Source: Carpediemonas membranifera BICM
Taxonomy: Eukaryota; Protista; Fornicata
DNA: 64,000 nucleotides
Assembly: GCA_019828565.1 (NCBI GenBank)
Contig: JAHDYR010000038.1
Coordinates: forward strand, 140,735-204,734
Direction: 5' to 3'
A program made the translations under genes and the position numbers. The notes below the pieces were generated by a model. That model saw nothing but the letters and a program-made list of their open reading frames with translations. It was not told where the DNA came from and made no database searches. Shown here piece after piece: positions 12,101 to 24,027 of this stretch (its first letter is position 1; every line of letters starts with the position of its first letter).

Positions 12101-15100
12101 CCGACATGAACTTCCTCGGCTCTCTCGCGGCCTATGACAAGGACAACATTCCCGAGAGGATCATCAAGAAGATCCGCAAGTACGCGGCCAACCCAGACTT
12201 CCATCCTGACAAGGTCGAGAAGGTCTCCAAGGCGGCCAAGTCTCTCTGCATGTGGGTGCTGGCCATGCTCGTATACTCCGACGTTGCCAAAACTGTTGCC
12301 CCCAAGCGCCAGAGGCTGAAGGAGGCCGAGGACGAGCTGTCTGTCCAGCAAGCTGCACTAGCCAAGAAGCAGGCGGAGCTCAAGACGGTGGAGGATAGGC
12401 TGGCCGAGCTCCAGGCCAAGTACGACGCTTCCATCGCCAAGAAGAACGAGCTCGAGCTGAAGACAGCCGACACCAAGGTCCGCCTCACCAGAGCCGAGAA
12501 GCTCGTCGGCGGCCTCGCCGCTGAGGCTGAACGTTGGGCTGAGCAGAAGGCCAAGCTCGAGTCTAACCTGACCATGCTCGTCGGCAACATCCTCCTCGCC
12601 TCTGGCTACCTAGCCTATCTCGGCCCGTTCAACGTTACGTTCCGAGAGAAGCTCATCGACGAGTGGTGCCAGAAGTGCGCTGAGTTGAACGTCCCCGCCT
12701 TCAAGAACGGTTCAGATTTCACTCTGGACGCCGTCCTAGGCGATCCCGTGGAGATCCGGGAGTGGGGCCAGCAGGGCCTCCCCTCGGATCCCCTCTCCGT
12801 GTCCAACGCCATCATCACCACCAAGGCCCGCCGCTGGCCTCTGTGCATCGACCCCCAGGGCCAGGCCAACCGCTGGATCCGCAAGCGGGAGGCCGAGAAC
12901 AATCTGCAGGTGACTAAGATGAGCGAGGGTAACTTCCTGAGGACTCTCGAGAACGCCATCAGGATCGGCACGCCCGTTCTGCTCGAGAACGTCGAGGAGG
13001 TACTCGACCCAGCGCTCGAGCCCATCCTCCTCAAGCAAGTCTTCAAGCGCGGCGGCCGTAATCTCATCCGCATCGGCGACACCGAGGTAGACTACTCGCC
13101 TGACTTCAGGCTCTACATCACGACCAAGCTCCCCTCGCCGCACTTTAGCCCGGAGACTTCAGTCAAGGTGACCATCATCAACTTTACAGTCACCCAGTCG
13201 GGCCTTGAAGAGCAGCTCCTGGCAACAGTGGCGCGGTCGGAGAGACCCGATCTCGAGCAGCAGCGCGACCAGATCATCGTGCAGCTGGCCGACGGCAAGC
13301 GGCAACTTCAAGCCATCCAGGACCGCATCCTTCAGCTGCTCAACCAGGCGACGGGTAACATCCTCGACGACGAGGAGCTCATCAACACGCTCGACCAGTC
13401 TAAGGAGACGACCAACGACATCAACGCCAGGCTCGAGGAAGCTGAGAAGACGAGCGAGGAGATTAACATCACTCGGGAGCAGTACCGGCCTGTGTCTACA
13501 CGGGCATCCCTCCTCTTCTTCGTGCTCGCGGACCTGGGCCAGATTGACCCGATGTACCAGTACAGCCTGCCATTCTTCACCGGTCTGTTCAACCAGTGCC
13601 TCGCCAAGGCTGAGAAGAGTGACGTCGTCTCCACCAGAATCCAGACGCTCATCTCCTACGTGACGATGCAGGTCTACGCCTCTGTGTGTCGCGGGCTGTT
13701 CGAGTCTCACAAGCAGCTCTTCGCCTTCCTCTGCGCCGCTGCCGTCGAACGCACCGCCGGCACCGTCTCCCCGGCCCTGTGGTCTCTCTTCTTCCGCCCC
13801 CTCGTGGATGCTGAGGGCGTCGACGAGGAGATCCCCGTGCACCTCTCCAAGAGCCAGTACACCAACCTCAAGCGGGTCCAGGATGTCGTCGGCGACCGGG
13901 TGGACATCATGACGCCCGTGTGCAGCGATGAGGACGGCTTCTGGACGCATTACCTGCAGTGTGACTCGCCCCAGAGCGAGAAGCTGCCCGGCCAGCTCGA
14001 GGAACTCACGCCGTTCGAGAAGCTTGTGCTGCTTCGTGTTCTCCGAACCGAGAAGGTCGTCTTTGGCATCCCCATCTACATTGGTTTCGTTCTCGGCGAG
14101 AAGTTCACCTCTGCTCCTCAGTTTGACCTCCGCGACGCCTACGCCGACACGACATCCCGCACCCCTATCATCTTCATCCTCAGCGCCGGGGCAAACCCCC
14201 TCCCGTATCTCCACAAGCTCGCCGAGGAGAAGGGCATGTCCTCGAAGCTCCGCTCCATCTCCCTGGGACAGGGCCAGGGTCCCATCGCCGATAAGATGAT
14301 CCAGCAAGGCCGCCGCAACGGCGACTGGGTATGTCTTCAGAGTACGTAGCCCCATTCTTTCCTAACACAGACTGCCACCTCTCCATCTCATGGATGCCGG
14401 ACCTTGAGCGCGCTTTCCAGTCGATCGACGAAGAGGAATCTCACCCGTCCTTCCGTCTGTGGCTCACTTCCATGCCATCCCCCAGGTTCCCCGTTCCAGT
14501 GCTCCAGGGCGGTGTGAAGATCACTAATGAACCACCCAAGGGCCTCAAGGCCAACCTCGCGCAGTCCTTCCACCACTTCGACGAGGCTGACTTCGAGCTC
14601 ACTGGCGAGAACGTCTCCCAAGCCCGCCGGGTTGAGTGGAAGCGTATGCTGTTTACCCTCGCCTTCTTCCACGGTGTCCTCCAGGAGCGTCGCCGCTACG
14701 GTCCCATTGCTTGGAACATCCGGTATGACTGGAACGAGTCGGACTTCGACGTCTCCGTCCGGACTCTGAGGATGTTCCTCGTGGAGTATAAGGCGATCCC
14801 CTACGACGCCCTCAACTACCTCATCGGATACATCCACTATGGCGGTCGTGTGACCGACTATCTCGACCAGAGAAACGTGCAAGCCTTCCTCACAGACTAC
14901 TTCAAGCCCGAGATCCACGCGGGAGACTACACCTTCACTGCCGACGGTGTATACAAGCCGATGGTGGGCTCCATTGAGGAGATCCGCGAGTACCTCAACA
15001 CCCTGCCCGTTAACGAGCCGCCCGCCGTCTTTGGCCTCCATGAGAACGGCGACATCACACACCAGCAGCAGGAGACGAGCCTCATCCTCGAGACAATCAT

Positions 15101-15998
15101 CTCCGTTCAGCCCAGGGACTCTTCCGGGTCCTCAGGCGAGACACCGGAGGACCAGGTTCTTCGCATGGCCATTGACATCAGACAAAAGGTGCCCGATGAC
15201 CTTAACCTCGAAAACGCCCACGATAACAGCCTGCCGAAGGATAAGAACGGCAATTACACTCCCCTCGCCGTCGTCTTGGTCCAGGAGGTCGAGCGGTTCA
15301 ACGGCCTGCTCGCCATTATCCGCACCACCCTCAAGGACCTCGACCGCGCCATCCGAGGCCTCGTGGTCATGTCGCCAGACCTGGAGACCATGTTTGATGC
15401 TTTCCTGCTCAACCGCGTACCCAACCTCTGGTCGGCCGCCGCGTACCCCTCGCTCAAGCCACTTGCGTCCTGGGTTCGTGACCTCGACAAGCGTATCGCC
15501 TTCATGGCCGAATGGATCTCTCACGGCCCCCCGAATTCCTTCTGGCTCTCGGGCTTCTTCTTCACGCAGGGCTTCCTCACGGGCGCCCTTCAGACCCACG
15601 CCAGAGAAACGCTCATGCCTATTGATGACCTTGTCTTCGAGACGGAGGTCGTTGGCGAGAAGGGCATGGAGTTCCAGCCGGACACGGGCGTCCACGTGCA
15701 CGGCCTGTTCATCGAAGGGGCGCGCTGGGATGACGAACGCCACAAGCTGGTAGAGCAGACAAGAGGCGTGCTGCTCGACACCATGGCCCCCATTTGGCTC
15801 AAGCCCGTGTCCTCGGCCGAATACAACCCCGAGTCGACCTACCGCTGTCCAGTTTATAAGACGACCGAAAGGGCTGGTGTGCTAAGTACGACGGGTCACA
15901 GTACCAACTTTGTCATGAGCCTCGACTTGCCGATTGACTGTGCGCCGGAGTGGTGGATCCGGAGAGGTGTTGCCCTGCTCAGCCAAGAGCCGTATTAA
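3144..15998 (+). CDS. Axonemal inner-arm dynein heavy chain (DNAH6-like); introns at 7497-7530 and 14342-14370
   Basis: P-loops GPAGTGKT, GQSGTGKS, GPTGTGKT and GVGGSGRQS, plus stalk coiled coil/MTBD and C-terminal domain. Intron removal restores GAWACFDEFNRIDIE and DWVCLQNCHL. LDYKMMGRFFSGLAQ resembles the DNAH6 subgroup. Confidence 0.96.
7497..7530 (+). other. Spliceosomal intron, 34 nt
   Basis: GTTTGT...TTACGCAG; removal restores the AAA1 Walker B motif CFDEFNR. Confidence 0.93.
14342..14370 (+). other. Spliceosomal intron, 29 nt
   Basis: GTACGT...CCTAACACAG; removal restores the AAA6 motif LQNCHL. Confidence 0.93.
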
Positions 15999-16492
15999 TG
16001 TGTATATCACGCTGTATGTAAATCGATTTATGAATGCCCTCTGAGGAGCTCGATGAAGAGATCCGGGTGAGATACAGGTTGGCTGGACTGGAACAAGCTT
16101 GATGTGCGTTGATGTGCTTCCGAATTGTCAAGCTGGCTGGTCATTCATCTAGTGCGATGTGACTTATCATTGATGCCAGCAAGGCTGATGACTGCCACAG
16201 CTGTGCCAACCATGTGTCCACAATAGATGATCATCTCCTGCGGGCCCAGTGTTGAGCTGGACCAGGCGAAGTTGGCTGGTACGATCTGGCCGTGCATCAC
16301 GTTGGTCAGCAGGGGAGCAGCTCTGGTTAAATCAATACATGCAATGTGCCGCGCAGTATTAGAATTGTTGAGTCTAAGCCTTCTTTACATGAACCCCCAG
16401 TAAACATCAACCACATCAGCAAATTTTCTTATCGTGCGAAGAATTTTATTGAATATTAATAAAGACATTTTGGCATTGAACTGACGAATACG

Positions 16493-18091
16493 ATGCCTGG
16501 TTCTGAAAGCACTTCGACAAGCGTAATGGACGATTTGACAGCTGCATACCGGCATTCTCTGGCGGTGGCTTCGGATATTCGCGGGGATATCCCTTCTTTG
16601 CTCCGCCACGCCTACTCCAGGCACTTCAACAAGGTCCTGCCCGTAGAGAACGATGCAGAGACCACCAGTGCATCCGCGAGCAGCGCAGAACTCGAATCCC
16701 TGCAAACCATGCTCTCGAGAATTCCCCCTCTCAAACCAACCGCGCAAGCCCTCCTCGACCGCGCCCGCTCGATCCTTGCAGACGGCCCCCCGCTCTCCAT
16801 GAACGTAGAGCTCGCGGAGGGGCAGGAGCTCCCGGTCGCCCTGCACACGCTGCTCCAAGGCACGCTCTTCGCGGTCCTCGTGCACGGCGGCGCCGACCCA
16901 GACCTCGAGAGGACTGTCGAGCAGGCCGAGAAGCAGGGCGTCGGCTACAGCCAGGAGGACAAGCTCCTCTGGTTCCTCTGCAAGAAGTTCGCCTTCGTCC
17001 ACCAGGTCGCCGCGAAGGACGGCCAGACCGCGACCGACCTCAACAACAGCATCGCCCACCGCATGTATGCGGGCCGAGTCTTCGAGCTCATGCCGGGACA
17101 CCAGATCCCCAAGTACGCCATGGTCCGCGTGCCCCCCGTCGCGCATGCCTTCGGTCTTGGGACGCCGCTGGTTCTGCTGTCCACGGGCACGGGGCTGTAT
17201 GGTCTCGACCGCGGCGACTCAGGGATCACCTTCAACGAGCGGAGCAAGTCGTCTGCGCACCCAGCGCGGGTCGCGTTCTGCCACTGCCCCGCGGTGGCCG
17301 AGCTCGAGGAGAGCCTCCCCGCTTGGCGCAAGCACGAGCTTGTAATCGACGCCGCCTTCGCGTTCAGGACATGCTTCCTCCTCACGCCCGTCGGTGTGGC
17401 AGCCGGAGGCAAGGGGAACCAGTACTACGTTGGCCCCGATGTCCCATTCGACGACAACGCTCTGCACCCGGTGCCCCTGCCGGAGGGCTTCACGCCCGAC
17501 AGCATTGTCGCCCACAGCGAGGCGTGTGTCGTCTCGATGGGCGCGAAGCAGATGATCGCTGGTGTCAACGCAGGCGGCCAGCTCGGGTTGGGGCACAGCC
17601 AGACGGGCAGGACCTTCGTGGACCTGCCATTCCGGGTCGACCGAATCCTGCAGGCGGACGACGAGTTCTCGCTCTTCCTCAGCGGCGATCAAGTGCTGTT
17701 CGCGGGTGACATCGGTGAGCACATCATCGAGGCCGGCCTGTTACCCGACTTCGAAGACGGCGACACGTGTGAGACGGCGACACCGCTGCAGTTCGCGACC
17801 GACCTGAAGAGGATCTTCTGCGATCTGGACGATCTGATCTGCGTACACGAGGGCCAGACGCTCTGGACCACAGTCCACCCTGACACCATGCCCACGTGGG
17901 AGCTGCCCGTCGAGGCCACCGCCGCGTCGGTCGACCACCACAGAACGCACATCTACCTGCAGGACGATGCTGGGCGCTGGTTCGAGTTCGATCAGGCCGA
18001 CGAGGAGCGCGGGCTTGTGCCAGTCGAGCCACACGATGTTCGCGGCGAGCTGAGGGAGCTCGTCGAGGTGGATGTGGCCGGGGAGGAATAA
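16493..18091 (+). CDS. Divergent RCC1/BLIP-II-like repeat protein
   Basis: 532-aa ORF with strong GC3 bias; AGVNAGGQLGLGH and GGKGNQYYVG resemble RCC1 repeat cores; the N-terminal half is helical and unassigned. Confidence 0.55.
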   Translation: MPGSESTSTSVMDDLTAAYRHSLAVASDIRGDIPSLLRHAYSRHFNKVLPVENDAETTSASASSAELESLQTMLSRIPPLKPTAQALLDRARSILADGPPLSMNVELAEGQELPVALHTLLQGTLFAVLVHGGADPDLERTVEQAEKQGVGYSQEDKLLWFLCKKFAFVHQVAAKDGQTATDLNNSIAHRMYAGRVFELMPGHQIPKYAMVRVPPVAHAFGLGTPLVLLSTGTGLYGLDRGDSGITFNERSKSSAHPARVAFCHCPAVAELEESLPAWRKHELVIDAAFAFRTCFLLTPVGVAAGGKGNQYYVGPDVPFDDNALHPVPLPEGFTPDSIVAHSEACVVSMGAKQMIAGVNAGGQLGLGHSQTGRTFVDLPFRVDRILQADDEFSLFLSGDQVLFAGDIGEHIIEAGLLPDFEDGDTCETATPLQFATDLKRIFCDLDDLICVHEGQTLWTTVHPDTMPTWELPVEATAASVDHHRTHIYLQDDAGRWFEFDQADEERGLVPVEPHDVRGELRELVEVDVAGEE

Positions 18092-19004
18092 ACAGCTTTA
18101 CATCGTTCTCGCATCAATGATCCGGCTGGGACTCGCGCTGACCGTGGCCTACTGATGGCAGTGGGGCACGTGACGGTGCGCCACCTCGCGACGCCATCAA
18201 ATAAGTCGACTGTCTGGCGCGAACACTGATGTCGAGGGCGTCTGGAGTGAAGACCAGCGTGCTCTCGTGGAAGGTGGGCACGATGCCCCGACGACATGGC
18301 GGATGGCCACCCGCCGCTCGGCGACCAGATCGCGCAGGGCATTTGGTGTCGCCGCCCGAGAGCGCCGCAGGGATGGCGAACAGGTCCTCTGCGCGCGCGG
18401 AGATGCCGGCAATACTCGCCGAAACGGTCAGGCTGGCGAGCAGGGCGGCGCAGCGTGTGTCATCGTTGACGGCTGAAGCAGGCGTGTTATTTGAGGGAAT
18501 CGTGATGCAGCCGTCTTGCTGCTGTTGTTACACACCATCTGCGTGAGAATTGCTTTGACCAGCGTTCGTTCCACCATTTCGCTCAATCATGAGTCCGTGC
18601 CCAACAGTAACTATTGAAGAAAGTTTGTGCAGATAATACCTCTATGCTCACAATAGCTTCGTTTATGCCTGTATTGCTTTGATTGATGTTGTTAACAAAG
18701 GAGTATGGCGCAGATCAGGTGATCACGTGAAAGGTATGGTACTTGCCGTAACCGTTTTCATCCACGCCTCTAGCGAGTATTAGATCGACTTTGAGTTCTC
18801 CAGCAGGTTGTTCTGCCGTGATCCTTCGAATCGTTCTCGTTTGTGTTTGGAGAAGAGGTTTCTGACAAAATTGGTTGAAACTCTGGATACAATATGCTGC
18901 TTCAAGGCACCGACTACACTATATCACATGACTGTGTCGCGTCCGCGGCTTGATCTCGCTCCTGAGGTGCACATTCATGTGTTTCGCAGTTTACGCCGTC
19001 GCGG

Positions 19005-21713
19005 ATGAACGCGCAGAGACAAGTCGAAAGCGATGTTCCAGCCTTAGACCCGGATATTAAGGATCACATACCACAGAAAATGACAGTGTTATGGAATTCA
19101 GCTGATTTTACGCCACTACTGACGAATGCAAACGCGATGCGCGTTGTTTCACTTCCATACTCTCGTCTCATCTCCCTCGTTCGCTTCAAAGAGCTATTTG
19201 ATGAGTTCTACGACGCTCTCCTCGCCGTGACCATCGTAACCCACGCCCGTGACGTCGACGACGCCCTCCTCCACATCATTGACGCAGATCGCCTCCTCTT
19301 CCTCCTGGAGTGCGCTGAGGCCCCATCAGACTCAGCATCGTCCACAGCGTCTGAATTAGAACATACCGCCGCCACTCTGCTTTCGCTGGCCTGCTTTGTG
19401 GCCCGGTGGTCTCTCCCCGACGCCTCCCTCAACCCGTTCTTCACAGTGGTCATGGACGCGGTATACAAGCACAGCGAGGCTCAGATCTCTGTCAGGAGAC
19501 TCTCCCGTTTCCTCATTGCCCTCCTTGACCGCTTCAGACCAGCGTTGCTCTCCTCGCTCATTGGATCAACACTTCCCGAGCGGCCAATCAACGAGCAGGA
19601 GAGAATGATACGAGCCATGAGTCAGGCCGACTCGACCCTCGCTTCCGTCTTCAAGTCGACAGATATACTCATCACTAGCGAGTCGGAGAGCTTGTGGGAA
19701 GTTGCGGGCGGGATGAAGCGGTGCTGTCCACCCGTGGTGATCACCGGACATCAGCTGCTCGCCAAGTTCAACTGGTGCATCAGTCAGAGACCAACTAGAC
19801 TGTCCAAGGCGGTCGTATCTGCAGTATTGAGTCATATCTCAAAATCTGACTTCGTATCTGACTCTATCACACGATCTCCCAGGTTGTATGCCAAGCTCGT
19901 CGTCTCCCTGCAGAACGCCACGGCATCTGACCTGCATGGTCGTCTCCAAACCGTGCTCTTTTGTCTCGAAGCCTTTTGGCCTGCCCTGAGCGATGAATCT
20001 GAAGTCATTTCAACTCTATCGAGTCTCGCTGACTCCAATAATCTTTCTCCAGCAGAATCTCTCGATATTTACGACTTTATGCTGAAGTGCTCAAGCAACT
20101 TTATCACCTGGGGTTCCCTGAGCCGAACTCTCGGCTCCTGCCTCGCCCGACGCGCCCAGCTTGTGTCAGAGCGCACTGGGCTGGCCAGCTCAGCGGCACT
20201 CGCCCGCCATCCCCTCACCCGCGAGATCGGGGCCATTGACGACAGTCTCCAGCGTCTGACCAGAGAGTGTGTCGACCTCTCCACCGCCCCCCCGGCCGCT
20301 GTGAGAGTGGTTCTCGAGGCAGGGCTGAGCTACCCCGATGTACCGTCGCTTCTCACGGCTGTCGAGCCGTTTATCGGTCGGCTGGAGGGTGACCCAGTCT
20401 GGTCGACCTTAACGATGGAGAATTTATTGAAAACACGCCCGACTTTCGTGTTGTCAGTCTACCCATACGTCAAGCGGCGCCTAGCGCAGTACCTGGAGAG
20501 CGCGGAGGGGGGTTTCAGTCAGAATGCGGCTGTGCTTCTCACCCTCATTGCACATCACACGGACGTGGGTCTGGTGCGGCAGGCGGCCATGCTCTGCCTC
20601 AAGGCCCATTTCCTAGGCCAAGATCATGCTGTTCATTTACTACAGGCTAAGTTAATCGACCAGGGCCATGTAACAACTGGCTCGCCCTCTGAACTCATGG
20701 CCGCTCTCGGCGATGGCCACCGTCTCAATGTCCCCGTCCAATTCCTGGCTGGCGACACCGCCGTGGACATCTTCGCCGCCGACCCAACCAAACTCGTCGA
20801 CGGGTCGACCGTCATTCAATTTATTAACACCGTGGTAGACAATGATGGGTCGACCACCGCCCTGCTCGCTGGCCTGGTGAGGGCCGATGACGCGACATGG
20901 TTCACTGACGCGCAGCCAGCACTGTTTAGACGGCCAGCTGCGCTAGAGGCGGCCATTCGACAGCTTCTCTCGCAAGATCCACCGTATCGTATCTCCAGAC
21001 TCGAAGCAGAGTCAATCCACAGTCGAATATTATTGACAATCTCAAGATTGTATCGCGGGTATCATATCTCTCCCCTACCGTCCCAGATTCACATGGCGGG
21101 TCGACTCAATCAATTCATCTTGGGTGTTGAAACTTCGCCCGACTTCCCCTCTGCACAGTCGGCCCTCCTTTGCATTGCCCAGACGCTCATCCCCTGTGCC
21201 CGGGGCAACCCGTTTAAGGGAGCGCTGACCCTGCTCACCGCACCGCATCTCCGCAACCATTTGGCCGTGAGCGTGCTGATCATCCGGAACCTGGTTACCC
21301 GCTTCCTCGACGACGGGTGTCTCAACGACTTTGCTGCGACCCATGTCCTCCGCTCAACCATCGCCTGGGCCTCCACGGTCGTATTCATCCGCAGCCTCTT
21401 CATGCGCTGGCCCTCTGCTGTCAGGGCCCACTACGGCGTTCAGGGCGGGCTCGCGGACCAGGACCTTACAGCCTACGTAGAACACTACACGGCCGTCCAG
21501 CCCTTGAACGTGGGGAGCCCTATTGTTCAGCAGAGCTTAGCGATTGCTGAAATGCTGTCTGGGAACGTCGCGGTCGACCCCCTGCTCGTGCCGCCAGTGC
21601 AAGGCCAGGATGTGAGCTTGGACGTTGTGAGGGAGTTCTTGTACTGGGGTAGTACTCTTGGAATCATCGACGCCGAGTTGACGAATTTTTTGCAGTTTGT
21701 TGGCGAGATTTGA
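19005..21713 (+). CDS. Hypothetical protein, 902 aa, Leu/Ala-rich, probably alpha-helical solenoid
   Basis: Long uninterrupted ORF with host-like codon usage; no recognisable motif. Confidence 0.7.
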   Translation: MNAQRQVESDVPALDPDIKDHIPQKMTVLWNSADFTPLLTNANAMRVVSLPYSRLISLVRFKELFDEFYDALLAVTIVTHARDVDDALLHIIDADRLLFLLECAEAPSDSASSTASELEHTAATLLSLACFVARWSLPDASLNPFFTVVMDAVYKHSEAQISVRRLSRFLIALLDRFRPALLSSLIGSTLPERPINEQERMIRAMSQADSTLASVFKSTDILITSESESLWEVAGGMKRCCPPVVITGHQLLAKFNWCISQRPTRLSKAVVSAVLSHISKSDFVSDSITRSPRLYAKLVVSLQNATASDLHGRLQTVLFCLEAFWPALSDESEVISTLSSLADSNNLSPAESLDIYDFMLKCSSNFITWGSLSRTLGSCLARRAQLVSERTGLASSAALARHPLTREIGAIDDSLQRLTRECVDLSTAPPAAVRVVLEAGLSYPDVPSLLTAVEPFIGRLEGDPVWSTLTMENLLKTRPTFVLSVYPYVKRRLAQYLESAEGGFSQNAAVLLTLIAHHTDVGLVRQAAMLCLKAHFLGQDHAVHLLQAKLIDQGHVTTGSPSELMAALGDGHRLNVPVQFLAGDTAVDIFAADPTKLVDGSTVIQFINTVVDNDGSTTALLAGLVRADDATWFTDAQPALFRRPAALEAAIRQLLSQDPPYRISRLEAESIHSRILLTISRLYRGYHISPLPSQIHMAGRLNQFILGVETSPDFPSAQSALLCIAQTLIPCARGNPFKGALTLLTAPHLRNHLAVSVLIIRNLVTRFLDDGCLNDFAATHVLRSTIAWASTVVFIRSLFMRWPSAVRAHYGVQGGLADQDLTAYVEHYTAVQPLNVGSPIVQQSLAIAEMLSGNVAVDPLLVPPVQGQDVSLDVVREFLYWGSTLGIIDAELTNFLQFVGEI

Positions 21714-21789
21714 TTATTCTCTGCTGCGTATCTATATGTCGAGATATCTTACTCTTTAAATTACCTTAAATATCCCCACTATGTCCTGT

Positions 21790-24027
21790 TTACTCCACCG
21801 TTACGCTCTTGGCCAAGTTCCTAGGCTTGTCGACGTCGAAACCTCTCTCCTCGCAGAGGTACAAAGCCAGCAGCTGAAGCGGCACGCAGCTGACGAGCGG
21901 CTGCACCATCTCGTGCACTCTGGGGGTCTTGATGACGGACTTGAATCCCGCGCTGACCCAGGCCGTGTCATCCGTGATGATGACGACGCCGTCCTTGGCC
22001 TTGTCGGTACGTCTGGCAGTACACTGGGCGACTGCGTTCTGCATCTTGGGCATGTACCTGTCGCAAGGGGCAACGAAGACGAGAGGAATGTCGTCGCAGA
22101 CAAGGGCTAGGGTGCCGTGCTTCAGCTCACCGGCAGCAATACCCTCGGCGTGGATGTAGCTCACCTCTTTGATCTTGAGGGCTCCCTCTCGGGCGACACT
22201 ATAGCTGAAGCCCCGGCCGAGAACGAGGCAGGAGCTGGCGGCTGAGATCTTCTTGGCGATCTCGTGGATATGCTTTGATTCATCAAGAGCCTCGCTGAGA
22301 GCATCGGGAAGTGTGATGATGCCATCAAATATCTCATCGTACAAATCAGATACGGGCTGATTCTGGCGCAATCTCTGCTCAAAGTGGATACAGAGAGCAA
22401 TCATGAGTAGAGATACGCACTGGCAAGTGTACGCCTTAGTGGAGCAGACGGAGGCCTCGTAACCGGCGTTGATGTGCACGCCACAGTCGGTCTGGCGGTA
22501 GATGGACGAGCCGACGGTATTGACAATGCCGACGGTGAGAGCATCGCACTTGTTGGCGTACTCGAGGGCCGCGATGGTGTCGGCGGTGCTGCCAGACTGG
22601 GAGATGAAGACGCACATGTCACCGGGGCCGACGTGGGGCAGACAGTCGATAAAGTGCGAGGCGAGGACGCTGGTGACGCTATAGCCACAGAGGCGCTCGA
22701 TCACAGTCTCGGCCATCATCCCTGCGTGGTACGACGTGCCGCAGCCTACGAGGAAGACGCGGCGGCACTGAAGCAGCTCGTCCATGTGCTCGGCGATACC
22801 ACCAAGCCTTATCCTGCGCTGGTTCGAGTCGACCCTGGAGAACAAGGCCGACTGTGCCGCCCCGGGCTGCTCGAAGATCTCCTTCTCCATGAACGTGCGG
22901 TGCGACCCCTTCTTGATCTCATCCACAGAGAGTGCGAGCTGGGTAAACTTGCGGGTTGGGGCTGGTGTGGCAGGAGGCAGCGGGTCGGCCGGGTCCTGGA
23001 AGCCCATGGCCACGCGGAGCTCGTGCATGCGGCGCTGGGAGACATGGGATAGAGAGAAGGTGCCGCCGGGGAGGATGGCGACGACATCGCCGTCTTCAAG
23101 GTAGGTGGTATGGGTCGTGAACGGCGTGAGTGCGACAACATCGCTCGAGAAGTAGTAGGTCGCCCGGGAGGGACAGGCAACCCTCGTGCCCACAGCAGCT
23201 GTGGTCTGAAGCACAACCTCGCCCGTCGTCGTCTGGGGTCCGGGGGTGTCAGATGCTGCAGTGTCTTCGGCTCCCTGAGGCGTGGCGTTCGACGAGGAGA
23301 GAGTCGACTGGGAGTCGAAAGGGTCGAGGCTGGCGGCCGTATACTCCTTGTTCTTGCCGCTGCCGTCTTCGGGGAACGACAGGCCGAGGACGAGGGGGCT
23401 TTTGTGCTTGACGGCAATGAGCTGGTCGGGGTAGTGGCTCGACTTGACGAGGATGGCGTACTGGCCGGATAGGCGGGCCATGACGGCGGTGGTGAGGCTC
23501 ATGAACTCGGGCTCACCGTCTCTGTGGCACATCTGGCCGTAGTAGTGCTGGAACAGCTTGGCGATCGTCTCAGTGTCCGTGTCGCCGGTGAATACGTGGC
23601 CGGAAGCCTCGAGCTCGGCGCGGAGGGCCTCGTGGTTGGTGATGATGCCGTTGTGGACCACGAGGAAGTCGCCTGTGGGGGAAGAGGGCACCGGGTGGCT
23701 ATTGACAACGGAGGGCGTGCCGTGGGTCGCCCAACGGGTGTGAGCGATGCCCGTGTAGTTCTGGAGGCGTTCGTTGAGGTCAGTGTCGATGGTGACCTCA
23801 CCGTCGGCGCGCTGGGCTACGGGTGCGGTGCTTTGGGAGAGTTCACGGAGGCGTGAGACTTCGCCGACGGTCTTATAGACGAGGTTGGTGTCCTTGTAGT
23901 CTACTGCTATGCCAGCGGAGTCATAGCCACGGTATTCTAGGAGCTGGAGTGCGTCCACAAGCGTCTTGATCACTTGGTCGCGTGTTCTCGGTTCGTTGAA
24001 GGCTGCAATGCCGAAGATGCCGCACAT
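21790..24027 (-). CDS. GFPT1: Glucosamine--fructose-6-phosphate aminotransferase (GFAT/GlmS)
   Basis: N-terminal MCGIFG, LEYRGYDSAG, GIAHTRWATHG, VVHNGII, two SIS domains (GCGTSYHA, ISQSGSTADT, STKAYT, GELKHG) and C-terminal DVDKPRNLAKSVTVE. Confidence 0.96.
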   Translation of the reverse strand: MCGIFGIAAFNEPRTRDQVIKTLVDALQLLEYRGYDSAGIAVDYKDTNLVYKTVGEVSRLRELSQSTAPVAQRADGEVTIDTDLNERLQNYTGIAHTRWATHGTPSVVNSHPVPSSPTGDFLVVHNGIITNHEALRAELEASGHVFTGDTDTETIAKLFQHYYGQMCHRDGEPEFMSLTTAVMARLSGQYAILVKSSHYPDQLIAVKHKSPLVLGLSFPEDGSGKNKEYTAASLDPFDSQSTLSSSNATPQGAEDTAASDTPGPQTTTGEVVLQTTAAVGTRVACPSRATYYFSSDVVALTPFTTHTTYLEDGDVVAILPGGTFSLSHVSQRRMHELRVAMGFQDPADPLPPATPAPTRKFTQLALSVDEIKKGSHRTFMEKEIFEQPGAAQSALFSRVDSNQRRIRLGGIAEHMDELLQCRRVFLVGCGTSYHAGMMAETVIERLCGYSVTSVLASHFIDCLPHVGPGDMCVFISQSGSTADTIAALEYANKCDALTVGIVNTVGSSIYRQTDCGVHINAGYEASVCSTKAYTCQCVSLLMIALCIHFEQRLRQNQPVSDLYDEIFDGIITLPDALSEALDESKHIHEIAKKISAASSCLVLGRGFSYSVAREGALKIKEVSYIHAEGIAAGELKHGTLALVCDDIPLVFVAPCDRYMPKMQNAVAQCTARRTDKAKDGVVIITDDTAWVSAGFKSVIKTPRVHEMVQPLVSCVPLQLLALYLCEERGFDVDKPRNLAKSVTVE

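Noticed and set aside
3295-15826. Numerous antisense and alternate-frame ORFs over dynein (and over other GC-rich genes)
   Set aside because: Shadow ORFs caused by high GC3 codon bias; no motifs.
16020-16340. Coding-like minus-strand remnant; similar fragments at about 18120-18540 and 36000-36900
   Set aside because: Short, interrupted and unassignable without a database search.
19005-21713. FANCD2/FANCI or condensin HEAT subunit assignment
   Set aside because: Only general helical-repeat character; no diagnostic motif.
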